This document shows positions 39,246 to 49,000 of a stretch of 64,000 bases of DNA, piece by piece (positions within the stretch are counted from its first letter, which is position 1; every line of letters starts with the position of its first letter). The DNA lies in assembly GCA_965203485.1 (NCBI GenBank), contig OZ241892.1, positions 2,912,001 through 2,976,000 on the forward strand, written 5' to 3'. The translations under genes were made by a program, and so were the position numbers. A model generated the notes under the pieces. That model did no database searches. It worked only from the letters and a program-made list of their open reading frames with translations, and was not told the DNA's origin. Source of the DNA: Longimicrobiales bacterium. GTDB taxonomy: Bacteria; Gemmatimonadota; Gemmatimonadetes; Longimicrobiales; Gaopeijiaceae.

Positions 39246-40102
39246 GAACCTATCTCAAAAGGCCGAGATGGTTGAAGAAGATGCAGATGGCGGACAGTTG
39301 GACGAACGCCAGGAAGTTCTCGGGATGATATTCCCAACGGACCAACAGCCGGCGCTTCCACTGCATCCACCCGAAGAACCGCTCGACAATCCATCGTCGC
39401 TTCGCCCGCCGAAGCCGACGACCGTCCTGCGTCCGCGGCCGCGTTCGATTGCGCCGGTGCGGCGCGATCATCTCGATGCCTCGCGCACGCAAGGCCGCGT
39501 CCAGCGGGTCGCTGTCGTACGCCTTGTCGCCGATCAAGTTTGCCGGCGTGTCGTCCGTGAACGCCAAGTCCAGCGACAACTGGACGAGCGTCGCCTCGTG
39601 AGGATTCGCAGGATGCGTGCTCAACGACAGCGGAAGACCGCAACGGTCCACGACCGCCATGATCTTCACGCCCTTGCCCGCCTTGGTGTTTCCCACGCCC
39701 GCCCCGCCTCCCTTCGCCCGCGCGAACGACGCGTCCACGTATGCCTCCGTGCCGTCGAAGAGACCCCGTTGCCTCGCTTCCCCCGCCAAGTCCCTCAGCA
39801 CCCGTTCGAGCACGCCCGTCCGGACCCAAGTCTGGAACCTCCGGTGCACGGTCTTGTAGTTCGGATAGTGTTGCGGCAGAAAGCTACACTGGGCGCCCGT
39901 GTGCAGAATCCACAGCACAGCTTCGAACACGCGCCGGGCGGGCACCGGCGGCCGCCCCAGCCGCTTCCCCTTTTGCGCTTCCTCGGGAAAGTGGTGGCGA
40001 ATCCGCTCCCACTGCTCGTCGCTCAGCTTCATCGTCGTCATACCTCGAAGATAAACAACTCCCCGACCCATCGCAACCCATCATGCTTTTTGAGATAGGC
40101 TC
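39246..40102 (-). mobile_element. IS5-family insertion sequence, 857 bp, TA target duplication
   Basis: 15-bp terminal inverted repeats GAACCTATCTCAAAA (39246-39260) and TTTTGAGATAGGCTC (40088-40102), one mismatch. TA at 39244-39245 and 40103-40104. Confidence 0.93.
39250..40041 (-). CDS. IS5-family DDE transposase (263 aa, single frame)
   Basis: LSDEQWERI, VHRRFQTW, YVDASF, IGDKAYDS, RWIVERFFGW. The stop codon lies inside the terminal repeat. Confidence 0.93.
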   Translation of the reverse strand: MTTMKLSDEQWERIRHHFPEEAQKGKRLGRPPVPARRVFEAVLWILHTGAQCSFLPQHYPNYKTVHRRFQTWVRTGVLERVLRDLAGEARQRGLFDGTEAYVDASFARAKGGGAGVGNTKAGKGVKIMAVVDRCGLPLSLSTHPANPHEATLVQLSLDLAFTDDTPANLIGDKAYDSDPLDAALRARGIEMIAPHRRNRTRPRTQDGRRLRRAKRRWIVERFFGWMQWKRRLLVRWEYHPENFLAFVQLSAICIFFNHLGLLR

Positions 40103-40753
40103 TATTCACGTCCGGACAAGAAAAGGGATTTGCGTCAAAGCATTATAATGCGATCAGAACGTTGGTGCCGTCCTGTCGAAGCATTGAATTGCGTGACAGG
40201 AATCGTCGAAACGTCGGGGATGACGTCGATGGCAGTAGCAAAGAGAAGCCACGGACGCCTATTAGGATCTACTGGCGTCGGTACGAGATCGAGAATTACC
40301 TGCTTCATCCAGACGCCATAATTCGGTTTGTGGACAAATGCGGATCCGATGAGACGAAAGCGCGTGCCGATCAACACATGAAGAAGCACTGGCCGCCCGT
40401 GTTGCTGGGCGATCCGTTTTCGGACAGCCCGCTGCACGAGACCAAGGGCAAGGACATCCTTTCCAAGCTGATGGAGGATGTCGGGCTCCCCTGGAGCCAC
40501 AAGGACTGCGTGGAGATCGCGGAAGAGATGAAGGCGGACGAAGTGCATCCGGAGGTACGCCAAAAACTGGACCGGATTGCCGAGGAGTTGGAGCTAGCGC
40601 CGACCATCGGATAAGGCGAAGAGGCAAGGCGACTACGGGACGGGCCGCTAAAGTCGGCGGCCTAGCAGAATGCGCAACTACCGGGAGCGCGACTTGGTTC
40701 GTTCTTACATTTGGCTGTAGCGCGCGCCACGACGGCGATCCACCTTGACGGTC

Positions 40754-40828
40754 TTTATTCCGTTTTGGGCCATGAATGTAGAATAAGAAGCACCAGTATT
40801 ACGACTTGAGCGACGAACGGTGAATAAC
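40754..40828. repeat. Double palindrome site B, related to site A and in the same orientation
   Basis: TTTATTCC-N18-AGAATAAG, then AAGCACC, then AGTATTAC-GACTTGAGCGACGAACGG-TGAATAAC. Confidence 0.75.
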
Positions 40829-40878
40829 GGGGCTCGTGGCCAAACGACCCGCCGGCGCAACCGGGATCGTCCGGTCGC

Positions 40879-42375
40879 CTACGAGCGCATTGCCTCGTAG
40901 GCCACCGCCAGGCCCTTGTCGAGAGCTTGATCGAACCAGTCTCCGAACCTCTCGGCAACGGCTGGCTCGGTTTCCTTGTAGTTGACCTGAAACGGCTCGT
41001 CCGTCAGCGGCTGGACGTTGCTGGCGGGAATCACGAAGTCTCCTTCCTGGTCTTTTTCGTAGATGCAGGCGGAGCCGATTATCACGCCCTTGAACTCGCG
41101 TCCTAGGCCGTGGAGCGACAGCAGGATCTCCAAATGCGTCGTGGTCTTCATGACGAGACGGGCCCAGACGTGATGGGACGTGCGATTGGCGAAGTATCCT
41201 AGCCTCTTCGCTGTCTCTACGATCTGATACCGGAACCAGTGCGACCTCTCGTCGCCGGCCTCGTTGTGGTTGGTGTAGAACTTGAACGAGCGGTGCGGCG
41301 GCGCCAGCGGACCTATCTTCGAGTCGAGTGTCCGGGCGACGGCTTCCAGCTTGCCGATCGCCGTCCCTTGCAGCGATTTGCTCATGACCTTGGCTTGGTC
41401 CCATTCGCTCTCGAGCGCCCGTCGTCGTGTCGTCAGGTCCTCGCGCATGGCGCCAATGATGGACTCCCTCCTCCGCACGCTCCTCGTCGTTTGACCCGCG
41501 ACGCCGATCGCTTCGACGCACGCCTGCTTCTCGATGCGGGCGAACAGCTCGACGAGCGGGGCAAGTTCTCCCTTGTCGGCGGCCCGCAGTGCGCTGATGT
41601 AGACGTCCCGTTGGGCGTTGGTGACCAGAAGAGGGAAGCCTTCGGCCTTCAGCAGCACGAGCGTCGCCAGCGCGCGGGCCACCCTGCCGTTTCCGTCCTG
41701 AAACGGGTGAATCTGCGTGAATCTGTGGTGAAGCCACGCGGCCAGGACTTCCGGAGCGACGGCGTCGGCTTCATGGCGGCGGTGCATTTCTATCAGCCGG
41801 TCCATTTCGGAGGCGACTTGTTCCGGCGGACAGTACTCGTGAATCCTTCCGTCCGCTTCCCGGGGGTTGTTGGGCCGCCGCTTGTAGTCGCCTCTCCGCA
41901 ACCGGATCTTGACTCGCCTGCCCAGCGAATCGACCCCATCGGCGTGGCTCTGATTCGCGGTGAGAACCGAGTGCAGCTCCTTGACGTACGACGTGCCTAG
42001 TTCCCGGCGCGCTGCCACGAAGTCGAACAAACCCTGCAGGGCGTCGGCGTGGTCGCGGATCATTCGCATCACGTGCTCCGAATCGCCGTTCGTGGACCCG
42101 TGGGGGACGAGGCTCGCATCCAAGCCGCGTTCCACCAGCAACTCCGTTATGCCTTGGTCCATCGTGTACAGACGTTCTATCAGCCCCGTTTCGATCGCCC
42201 AGCGGCGCGCCAAGCGCTTTCTGAAGTCCTTGACCGCGGCGTCGGCCTCGAGGGCGGCCCTCTGTTCCCGCCAGACGTCGCGCAAGGCCGTTAGGTCTCC
42301 CTGGGCCAGCCCGCTGTGGTCGGCGGGCAGGTCCGCGACCGGACTCCAGCGATGGGCGAACTCGGGTTGCGGCAT
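40879..42375 (-). CDS. Fic-domain protein (~498 aa) with a C-terminal extension
   Basis: HHRFTQIHPFQDGNGRVAR canonical Fic motif. ATG at 42375. Confidence 0.9.
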   Translation of the reverse strand: MPQPEFAHRWSPVADLPADHSGLAQGDLTALRDVWREQRAALEADAAVKDFRKRLARRWAIETGLIERLYTMDQGITELLVERGLDASLVPHGSTNGDSEHVMRMIRDHADALQGLFDFVAARRELGTSYVKELHSVLTANQSHADGVDSLGRRVKIRLRRGDYKRRPNNPREADGRIHEYCPPEQVASEMDRLIEMHRRHEADAVAPEVLAAWLHHRFTQIHPFQDGNGRVARALATLVLLKAEGFPLLVTNAQRDVYISALRAADKGELAPLVELFARIEKQACVEAIGVAGQTTRSVRRRESIIGAMREDLTTRRRALESEWDQAKVMSKSLQGTAIGKLEAVARTLDSKIGPLAPPHRSFKFYTNHNEAGDERSHWFRYQIVETAKRLGYFANRTSHHVWARLVMKTTTHLEILLSLHGLGREFKGVIIGSACIYEKDQEGDFVIPASNVQPLTDEPFQVNYKETEPAVAERFGDWFDQALDKGLAVAYEAMRS

Positions 42376-42456
42376 TAGGTTGCGTTCCGTGACGACATTT
42401 CGTCTGCATGCACACCGAAAGGTAGTGCGTCCTTCCCCCGTGCCCACGGCGACGAA

Positions 42457-43329
42457 GTGACCAAAGGCGACGAGCCGCGAGAGCCGAGCGCGGACAAGGA
42501 CCGCCCCGCGACGCTCGAAGCCGTGCGCATCGCGCCGCCGCCCCAAGCCGAAGCACGCGCGTTTCCCTTCGACGTTCCCGCGCTCCAAGGACTCCGGGAG
42601 CTCGAGCTCGGCGCACAGGTCACCGTCTTCGTCGGCGAAAACGGGTCGGGAAAGTCCACCCTGCTCGAAGCGCTCGCTCTCGCGGTCAGCCTTCCCACGG
42701 TTGGCAGCGCCGAAGCGGGCAAGGACAGCTCGTTGATGCTCCAGCGGCGGCTGGCCGACACGCTCACGACGGTATGGCGGCGGCGCACGCGCCGGGGATT
42801 CTTCTTGCGGGCCGAGGACTTCTTCGGATTTGCCCGGCGGCTGCGGACGGTACGCGCCGAAATGGAAGCCAGGATCAAGGAGGTCGAGCGCGACTACGAG
42901 GGCCGCTCCGAGCTGGCCAAGCGCCTCGCGATGGGACCGGCGGCGGCTTCGCTCGCGGCCATGGAGCACAGCTACGGCGAGGACCTCGACGCCAACTCCC
43001 ACGGCGAGAGCTTTCTGCGGCTCTTTCGCGCGCGCTTCGTGCCGAACGGCCTCTACTTGCTGGACGAACCGGAGGCCGCGCTTTCGCCGCAAAGCCAGTT
43101 GGGCTTCGTGTCGATGATGAGCGACATGGCAGCCCAAGGGGGACAGTTCGTGATCGCCACGCACTCCCCCATCCTGATGGCGCTGCCGGGGGCGGTCGTC
43201 TACGGCTTCGACTCGTCTCCGCTGGCGAGAGTGGCGTACGAGCAACTGGAGTCGGTGCAGCTGATGAAGGGCTTCCTGCAAGCGCCGGAGCGGTACCTGC
43301 GGAGGATCTGGCAGACCGGGGAAGCTTGA
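42457..43329 (+). CDS. Predicted ATPase (COG3910-like)
   Basis: GENGSGKSTLLE, GFFLRAEDF, SHGESF, LLDEPEAALSP, IATHSPIL. Confidence 0.88.
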   Translation: MTKGDEPREPSADKDRPATLEAVRIAPPPQAEARAFPFDVPALQGLRELELGAQVTVFVGENGSGKSTLLEALALAVSLPTVGSAEAGKDSSLMLQRRLADTLTTVWRRRTRRGFFLRAEDFFGFARRLRTVRAEMEARIKEVERDYEGRSELAKRLAMGPAAASLAAMEHSYGEDLDANSHGESFLRLFRARFVPNGLYLLDEPEAALSPQSQLGFVSMMSDMAAQGGQFVIATHSPILMALPGAVVYGFDSSPLARVAYEQLESVQLMKGFLQAPERYLRRIWQTGEA

Positions 43330-43377
43330 CTGCCCGACGAGCGGCGCAACGGCCGACCGCGCGGCCGTCGAGCAAGC

Positions 43378-46002
43378 TCAGTTGCCGAACCCCTGCCTCC
43401 ACATATGCCCCTGCAACCGCTGCTTCGCATAGCCGGCCAGCGGCTCCAGCAGATCGGTCGCCAAGGCGGTCGCCGATGCCTCGCCTCCCAGGGGATTCAG
43501 GTCGTCCAAGAAGAACGCGGCGGCAAAGCCCAGCGTCGTCCCGCCGACTTCCGTTCCGCCGTCGTCCAAGAGGTGGACCGGGGGAACTCCCAGCACGCCC
43601 GCGCGCAGGCCGGGCGCGGTGGGGCAGGCCGATATCCACGCGCCGTGGCGGCGGGATGCCGACCGGCCGGCCTCCGGGGGAACGACCAGCACGCCCAGGA
43701 CCAGCGCCGATCCCTCGCGGACAACGGGACCCGCGCGCAACGGCACGGACACGGCGGGCGTGCCCGTCTTGGCGAACACGAAAACCTCGTAGTCCTCGGC
43801 GCCGGGAACGGACCGGACCGCCGACTCGAACCGGCGGACGGCCGACGCCAGACGCGCCGCGGTGCCGCCGGGGCGGGCGACCAGCTCCATGGCGTGCAGC
43901 ACGCGCCGCCGCGCACCAGGATGAAGGACGTCCTCCGGCAAGGGCTCGGTCGCGCCGCCGCGGCGCGGCCCGCCGGGACTGGTCACCAAGCGGCCCCGCA
44001 CGTCCCGGCCCGTCATGAGGCGCGACATGGCCTCGGCCAGCTGGAAGTTGCTCCAGCGGGAGTTCTCGCCGCCCAAGAGCAGGTTCACCCAGTCCTGGCG
44101 CAGCTCCTCGATGGTGTTCAACGCCAAGTTCGTGACCTGGGGCGACACGGCGGAGAAGCGCAACGCGGTGTGCACCGGGTTCGTCGTGTCTCCGGCCGCG
44201 GCCAGCTCGCCCAGGGGGCCGCGCCAGAGGTCCAGCCGGTACCGGTGCGCGCGGTAGGCGGGTTCGACTTCGCCGGAGACCCGTCCGCCGGGTGACGGAT
44301 CGCGGTAGACGGCGGCGCCGGTCAGGCGTTCGAGCGGGAGGGCCGGAGCGAACTGGTCGCCGAGCAGGCGGAGATCGGAGCAGGTCTCGCCAGTGAACGG
44401 CAGGTCGTCCGCGAGGGCCAGCTCGACGACTTGGTCGCAGAAGCGGACCCGCCGGGCGCCCGCGAAGCCGGACGAGACAAGGGCGTCCCGCGGCGGGGCG
44501 GGCGACGAGGCGGCGACTTCCGGTCCGGGCAGGCCCGCCAAGCAACGGGCCATCGAAGCGCCTTCGCCCAGGCACTCGGCGGCGGCGGCGCCCGCGGCGG
44601 CTCCGGTCAGCAACGCGGCGGTGGCCGCTTCGACCATGTAGCGGTTGCACGACGTGCGCAGGAACGTCTCCAGCCCTTCCCATTCGCCGTGTCCCCTGGA
44701 TCTGTACGGCACGGGCAGGGCACACCCGAACACGGCGTGCACTTCGCCGGACGGATGGGCGGGAATCTCGAGGTCCAGCAACCCCGGGAAGGCCGTCGCG
44801 GCCGCCGCCGCCCAAAACGGCTTGAGGGCCGAACCTCCGGGGTGAAGGGTCAAGTTCTGGTTGCGCAGGTAGCGGGACCGGAGGCGGCGGGAGAGCTGGC
44901 CGTAGTCGTCCAGCACGGGCTCGCCTGGGCAGGTGGGCATGGCCAGCACGTCCCCCCGGAATGCATCCATGAAGAGCGCCGAGACCGCCCGCGGCCGGCC
45001 GGGCAGCCGTTGCCGCTCGCACCACCGGTCCACCGTCGCCTGGGTCGCGGCCTCCAGCCCGCGGTCCAGCGCCAAGCGAATCTCCAGGCGCGACACGGGC
45101 CCGCCGTCCCGCGCCGAAGGAGTCGACTGAAGGCCGCCCGTCATGGCCTGAGCCAAGTCGCTCACGAACGGCGACAAGTGCGGCACCAAGTACCGGCGCG
45201 GCGCTCCGTCCGCCGACGCTCCCGTCGACACCAGCCCGGCGCGGTCCGATCCGTCCACCAAGTAGGTGAAGACGTCGTCCCGGTGCTCCATCTGCACCCA
45301 GTCTCCCGTCTCCAGCCGCACGATTCGTCCGGGCGGCACGGCCAAGCCGTTCAGGCGCAGCTCCGACGGAGCGCCCACGTCTCGGCGGTCCGCGAGCACG
45401 GGGGCGTCGCCCGCGAAGAACGCCTCGGCCAGCACTTCGGGGCTGCGCGGCGCCTCGAAGCGAAGAAACTCCGTGCGAACCGAGATGTCGCGCCGGGCCA
45501 AGCCCACCCGCGCGTTGCTGCTCGCGTCCAGGCTCTCGAACGGATGAACCACGTGCAGGCGCTGGTCCCGCCCGCCCCGAAAGCCGGCGCTCCGGCCCGC
45601 GCGAGCGAATCGCACCGCGCCCGTCCACCGAGGCACGCGGTTGTAGGGCAGGTCCACCCGATGGTAGAACGGGTCCACGCCCAGAAGTCGGCAACCGTCC
45701 ACCAAGAACGGCGAGCGCGCGGCCGAAGGGTCCGCGTTGAAGCGGCGAACGTCCGCCTGGAGGTAGCTGGACCGAAAGAAGCGTTCGTCCGGATCGCCGG
45801 GCGCCAGGCGAACGGCGATGGAGTCGCGCTCTTCGCAAAGCAGCTCGAGGCCGCCCCTCTCGACGACGGCGTTGGCCCGGGTCACGAAGCCCTCCGGCGC
45901 CCAGTAGCCGGCCGGGGGCTCCTGGACGGCCGCATGCACGATCAAGACGGGCACAAGGGCGGCGGCCGCCCAGGCGCCGCGGGCCACGGTTCGGATGGTC
46001 AC
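43378..46002 (-). CDS. Membrane-anchored penicillin-binding transpeptidase-like protein (~874 aa) with an FHA-like N-terminal region
   Basis: N-terminal TM; GDVLAM, GSALKPF (SxxK), SCN (SxN), AKTGT (KTG); LNG...LETGDWVQM resembles FHA C-terminal strands. GTG overlaps the upstream stop. Confidence 0.78.
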   Translation of the reverse strand: MTIRTVARGAWAAAALVPVLIVHAAVQEPPAGYWAPEGFVTRANAVVERGGLELLCEERDSIAVRLAPGDPDERFFRSSYLQADVRRFNADPSAARSPFLVDGCRLLGVDPFYHRVDLPYNRVPRWTGAVRFARAGRSAGFRGGRDQRLHVVHPFESLDASSNARVGLARRDISVRTEFLRFEAPRSPEVLAEAFFAGDAPVLADRRDVGAPSELRLNGLAVPPGRIVRLETGDWVQMEHRDDVFTYLVDGSDRAGLVSTGASADGAPRRYLVPHLSPFVSDLAQAMTGGLQSTPSARDGGPVSRLEIRLALDRGLEAATQATVDRWCERQRLPGRPRAVSALFMDAFRGDVLAMPTCPGEPVLDDYGQLSRRLRSRYLRNQNLTLHPGGSALKPFWAAAAATAFPGLLDLEIPAHPSGEVHAVFGCALPVPYRSRGHGEWEGLETFLRTSCNRYMVEAATAALLTGAAAGAAAAECLGEGASMARCLAGLPGPEVAASSPAPPRDALVSSGFAGARRVRFCDQVVELALADDLPFTGETCSDLRLLGDQFAPALPLERLTGAAVYRDPSPGGRVSGEVEPAYRAHRYRLDLWRGPLGELAAAGDTTNPVHTALRFSAVSPQVTNLALNTIEELRQDWVNLLLGGENSRWSNFQLAEAMSRLMTGRDVRGRLVTSPGGPRRGGATEPLPEDVLHPGARRRVLHAMELVARPGGTAARLASAVRRFESAVRSVPGAEDYEVFVFAKTGTPAVSVPLRAGPVVREGSALVLGVLVVPPEAGRSASRRHGAWISACPTAPGLRAGVLGVPPVHLLDDGGTEVGGTTLGFAAAFFLDDLNPLGGEASATALATDLLEPLAGYAKQRLQGHMWRQGFGN

Positions 46003-49000
46003 TCGCGCCTCGCGAGCGGAGGCGTCGTCAGGGGCGGGGAGCTCGCCGGGGGCTCGAGGCGCGAGGACGGAGCGGCCGGACGCAAGGCGGCCACGGCGGG
46101 CACGGCAGGGACGGCCTTCGCTTGCGCGCGCCCGCGCTCGGACCAGCCGAGCGCTCCCGCGGCCAAGCCCAGCAGGAAGAGAGCCTCCAGCGTGTCGCCC
46201 AGCGAGTCGAGGCCGAGCAAGTAGACGTTCTTGCCCGTGAACATCACCAAGCCGTAGTTGGCCAGAATCATGTAGGCGCCCGCCGTCGAGAAGGTCAAGA
46301 GAGCCGTCGCGGCCAGCATCCGCTCGGGGCGCGACCAGCTGTTGATCGGGTTGCGGCGGCCCGCGTGGGGCGGCGTGTCTCGCTGGCCAACGTCGTCGCC
46401 CGGCGCCCGTCTTTGCGCGCCATGGGCGGAGAAACGAAAGCGGCTCGCCGGCAGGACTGGAACTAGGGCGGCCGCGAGCAGCGCCAGGAGGCCCAGCGTG
46501 CCAGGCGCTCCCCACTGGCTGGCAAGCAAGCCCGTGACCACGTGCTCGCGCGTTGCGGTCGTGCGTATTTGCGGCGACACGCGCCCTTCCAAGAAGCCCT
46601 GCCCCGACCAGTTGCCTCGCGTGTAGGAACGCATGGTCTCGCGCATCACCGCAAGGGCCTCGCTGCGGCTTTCGCCGATGAGCCCGAGAGCCTCGGGGTC
46701 GCCCCGCTCCAGCAGAAGCAAGTCGTTGCGGCTCCACTCCTCCAAGCCCGACCTGGGGCCCTCGAGGTCGGGCAAGAACGGGCGGGCCAGCGCGGGTGCC
46801 GCCTGGAGCAACGCGAACAACAGCAACGGAAGCGCACCCAGGAGCGCGAACCCTGTTCCAGTCCCTCCCCTTCGCTCCGTCCGCCGAGCGTACGCCATTG
46901 CGGCGAGCGCCAGGACGACGAGAGGGCCGGGAAGCGTCGTGAACATGATGCCGAAGTCGGAGATCCGCCAGCTCGTCGCGGCGTAGGCAAACGTCAGATA
47001 TGCGCACAGGTCGAGCAGCGCGACGGCGGCCCGCCCCCGACGGGTGGACGGTCGAGCAACTGGTCGTGCGGTTCCTTGGCGGCCGCCAGAGGCGTCGGAA
47101 TCGGTCCCCGTGATTCGTCGGTATTGCCGTGCCGCCAGGATGGCGAAGACGGTCAGCGCGAGCGGCGTGAAGATCACGGAGAGGCCGATGCGGGTGCCGC
47201 CGATGGGCATCTGCTCCCGAAAGCCGAACGCGTCCAGCAAGAGACGGAGCAAGAGGATCGCAACGCCCCACGCGATCCCCGGACAACTGCTTGCCGGTCT
47301 CCGCAACAAGGCCGTGCTCCCCAGCACGTGGCCCAGCTTGCCGGCGAGGGCGCGCGCGGTTTTCGGCAGAGGAGCCCCGGCAATCCTCCGGCAAGCCGCA
47401 ACTGTCCTGCCGCAAGTCGCCGCCAGCCGGAGACCCAGCTTGCGCCACCGCCGCGCGTCGAGCCACGCGGGCCACAGCGCCGACAACATCGCGGGCGCTG
47501 CCACGACCACCACCCCGGCGGCCAGCACGAACTGCTTGGCACGACTCGCCGGGAAGAGGGCGACGGCCAGGACGACCAGCACGCCTCCCAGAGCCAAGGT
47601 GGCGACGATCGAACGGTCCCATGCCCGCGGAAGCGCAATGCCGCTCCAAACCGATGTCGCTGCCGAATCAGGCGCCCGTTGCTCCGTCGAACCAGCGCCG
47701 TCCCCGGCCATGGCGTCCACCGGCGGAGGCAGCGCCCCGGGGCGCGCCGCAAGCGTTCGGCCGGCGGCCGTCCGGCCCAGAACACATGCGAACCACGGCA
47801 ACGCCGGGATCAGCCAAAGGCCGATTTGGTGACCTTCGTCCACGAAGGGATAGCGCACCATGGCCGAGACGGAGAGCAACGCCCGCAACGCCGCCAGACC
47901 CAGCGCCGCAAAGGCCACGGCTCGCACCGCGGCGGTCGTCCCGATGAACGCGAATGGCGCCGCGGCCGCAACAAAGAGCAGGGCAAGCAACAGCATGAAT
48001 CCGCCCGACGCCGCGAAGCCGTCCACTCGCACCAGCAGTCCTCTCTGCCCGTCGCTCAGCGTGAACGGGCGTCCGGTCCGCCAGCTGGCTTGCCCGGAAG
48101 GCGCCAGCAACTCGAACCAGCCGGTTGCCGGGCCCTCGGGAAGGCGAAGCACAGCCTGGCCGGCGGCGGCGAACCCGTTGGACGGCGAAGAAAAGGTCAG
48201 CCCGGCGGACACCGCGGACCCGTCTCCGGCGGCCAGCCTGACCGCGTGAAGCCGCACGTCGCCCTCGAGGCCGGTCGCGAAAGTGGAGGGAAGTATCCTG
48301 GCGGGAGGCAACCCCGCGACTTCAATGTCGTGCACCTCCGTCCGAGCGCCTCGAACCGTGACCCAATCGCCGTCCGCGACGACGCGAAACGTCCGAAGCG
48401 GCCGCGCCCCGTAGCGCTCCCCGGCGGCCAGCCTGGAATCGGGAAAATCCCTGTGCGGCAACCCCGCCACCGTCACCGAGCGCTGTCCGTCCGTCCGCGT
48501 CCATGCGGGCGCCGCGCCGATCGGAACCTTGGCGGTCCCGTCGGCCGAAAACGCTTCGACTTCGGCGTCCAGGACTGCCAAGCGGGCGGCGCCCTCGTCG
48601 TCGTAGTAGAGGAAGGACCGCAACCGGTCCAGCGATTGGTCGTTCGGGCCCATGGCGGCCGCCAGGTCGGCCAGCGGGTACGTGCGTTGGTAGATGCCGG
48701 GGCGGGACGGCAGAAGGCCCATGGTTCCCGCGCCGTCCGGGTACGGCAAGACCGCGACCGCAGGCTCGTTGGCGTTCGAGGGGATTGGCGGCCCGCCATG
48801 CTGCCGATCGCGCGGGCGCCCTTCGGCCTGACCTTCGGCGCCCGCCGCCGCCGCGCCTGTGTTCGCGTCCACTAGGCCCTCGCGATCCGCACTGCTCACG
48901 CGCGCGAGTTCGTCCCGGGCCGTGGCCGAAGTCGCCGCGCGCTCGGTCGAGCCGGGGTGCGCAACGCGCACATGCAACAACTCGTCCCGGGCGCCCGCCA

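Larger units (their letters stand above)
38103..40614 (+). pseudogene. OLD-like ABC-ATPase + TOPRIM nuclease interrupted by IS5
   Basis: GPNNCGKT, GSGF, IDEPDMHLH, SHS and YVEGKTD before the IS; WRRYEIENYLL after it. Removing the IS and one TA gives a 550-aa ORF. Confidence 0.88.

Noticed and set aside
10839..40614. Calling UvrD + OLD a Gabija system
   Set aside because: The genes are 25 kb apart and in the wrong order.
16773..40753. Integron cassette array as the explanation for the co-oriented cargo
   Set aside because: No attC-like RYYYAAC...GTTRRRY hairpins between cassettes and no integron integrase seen.
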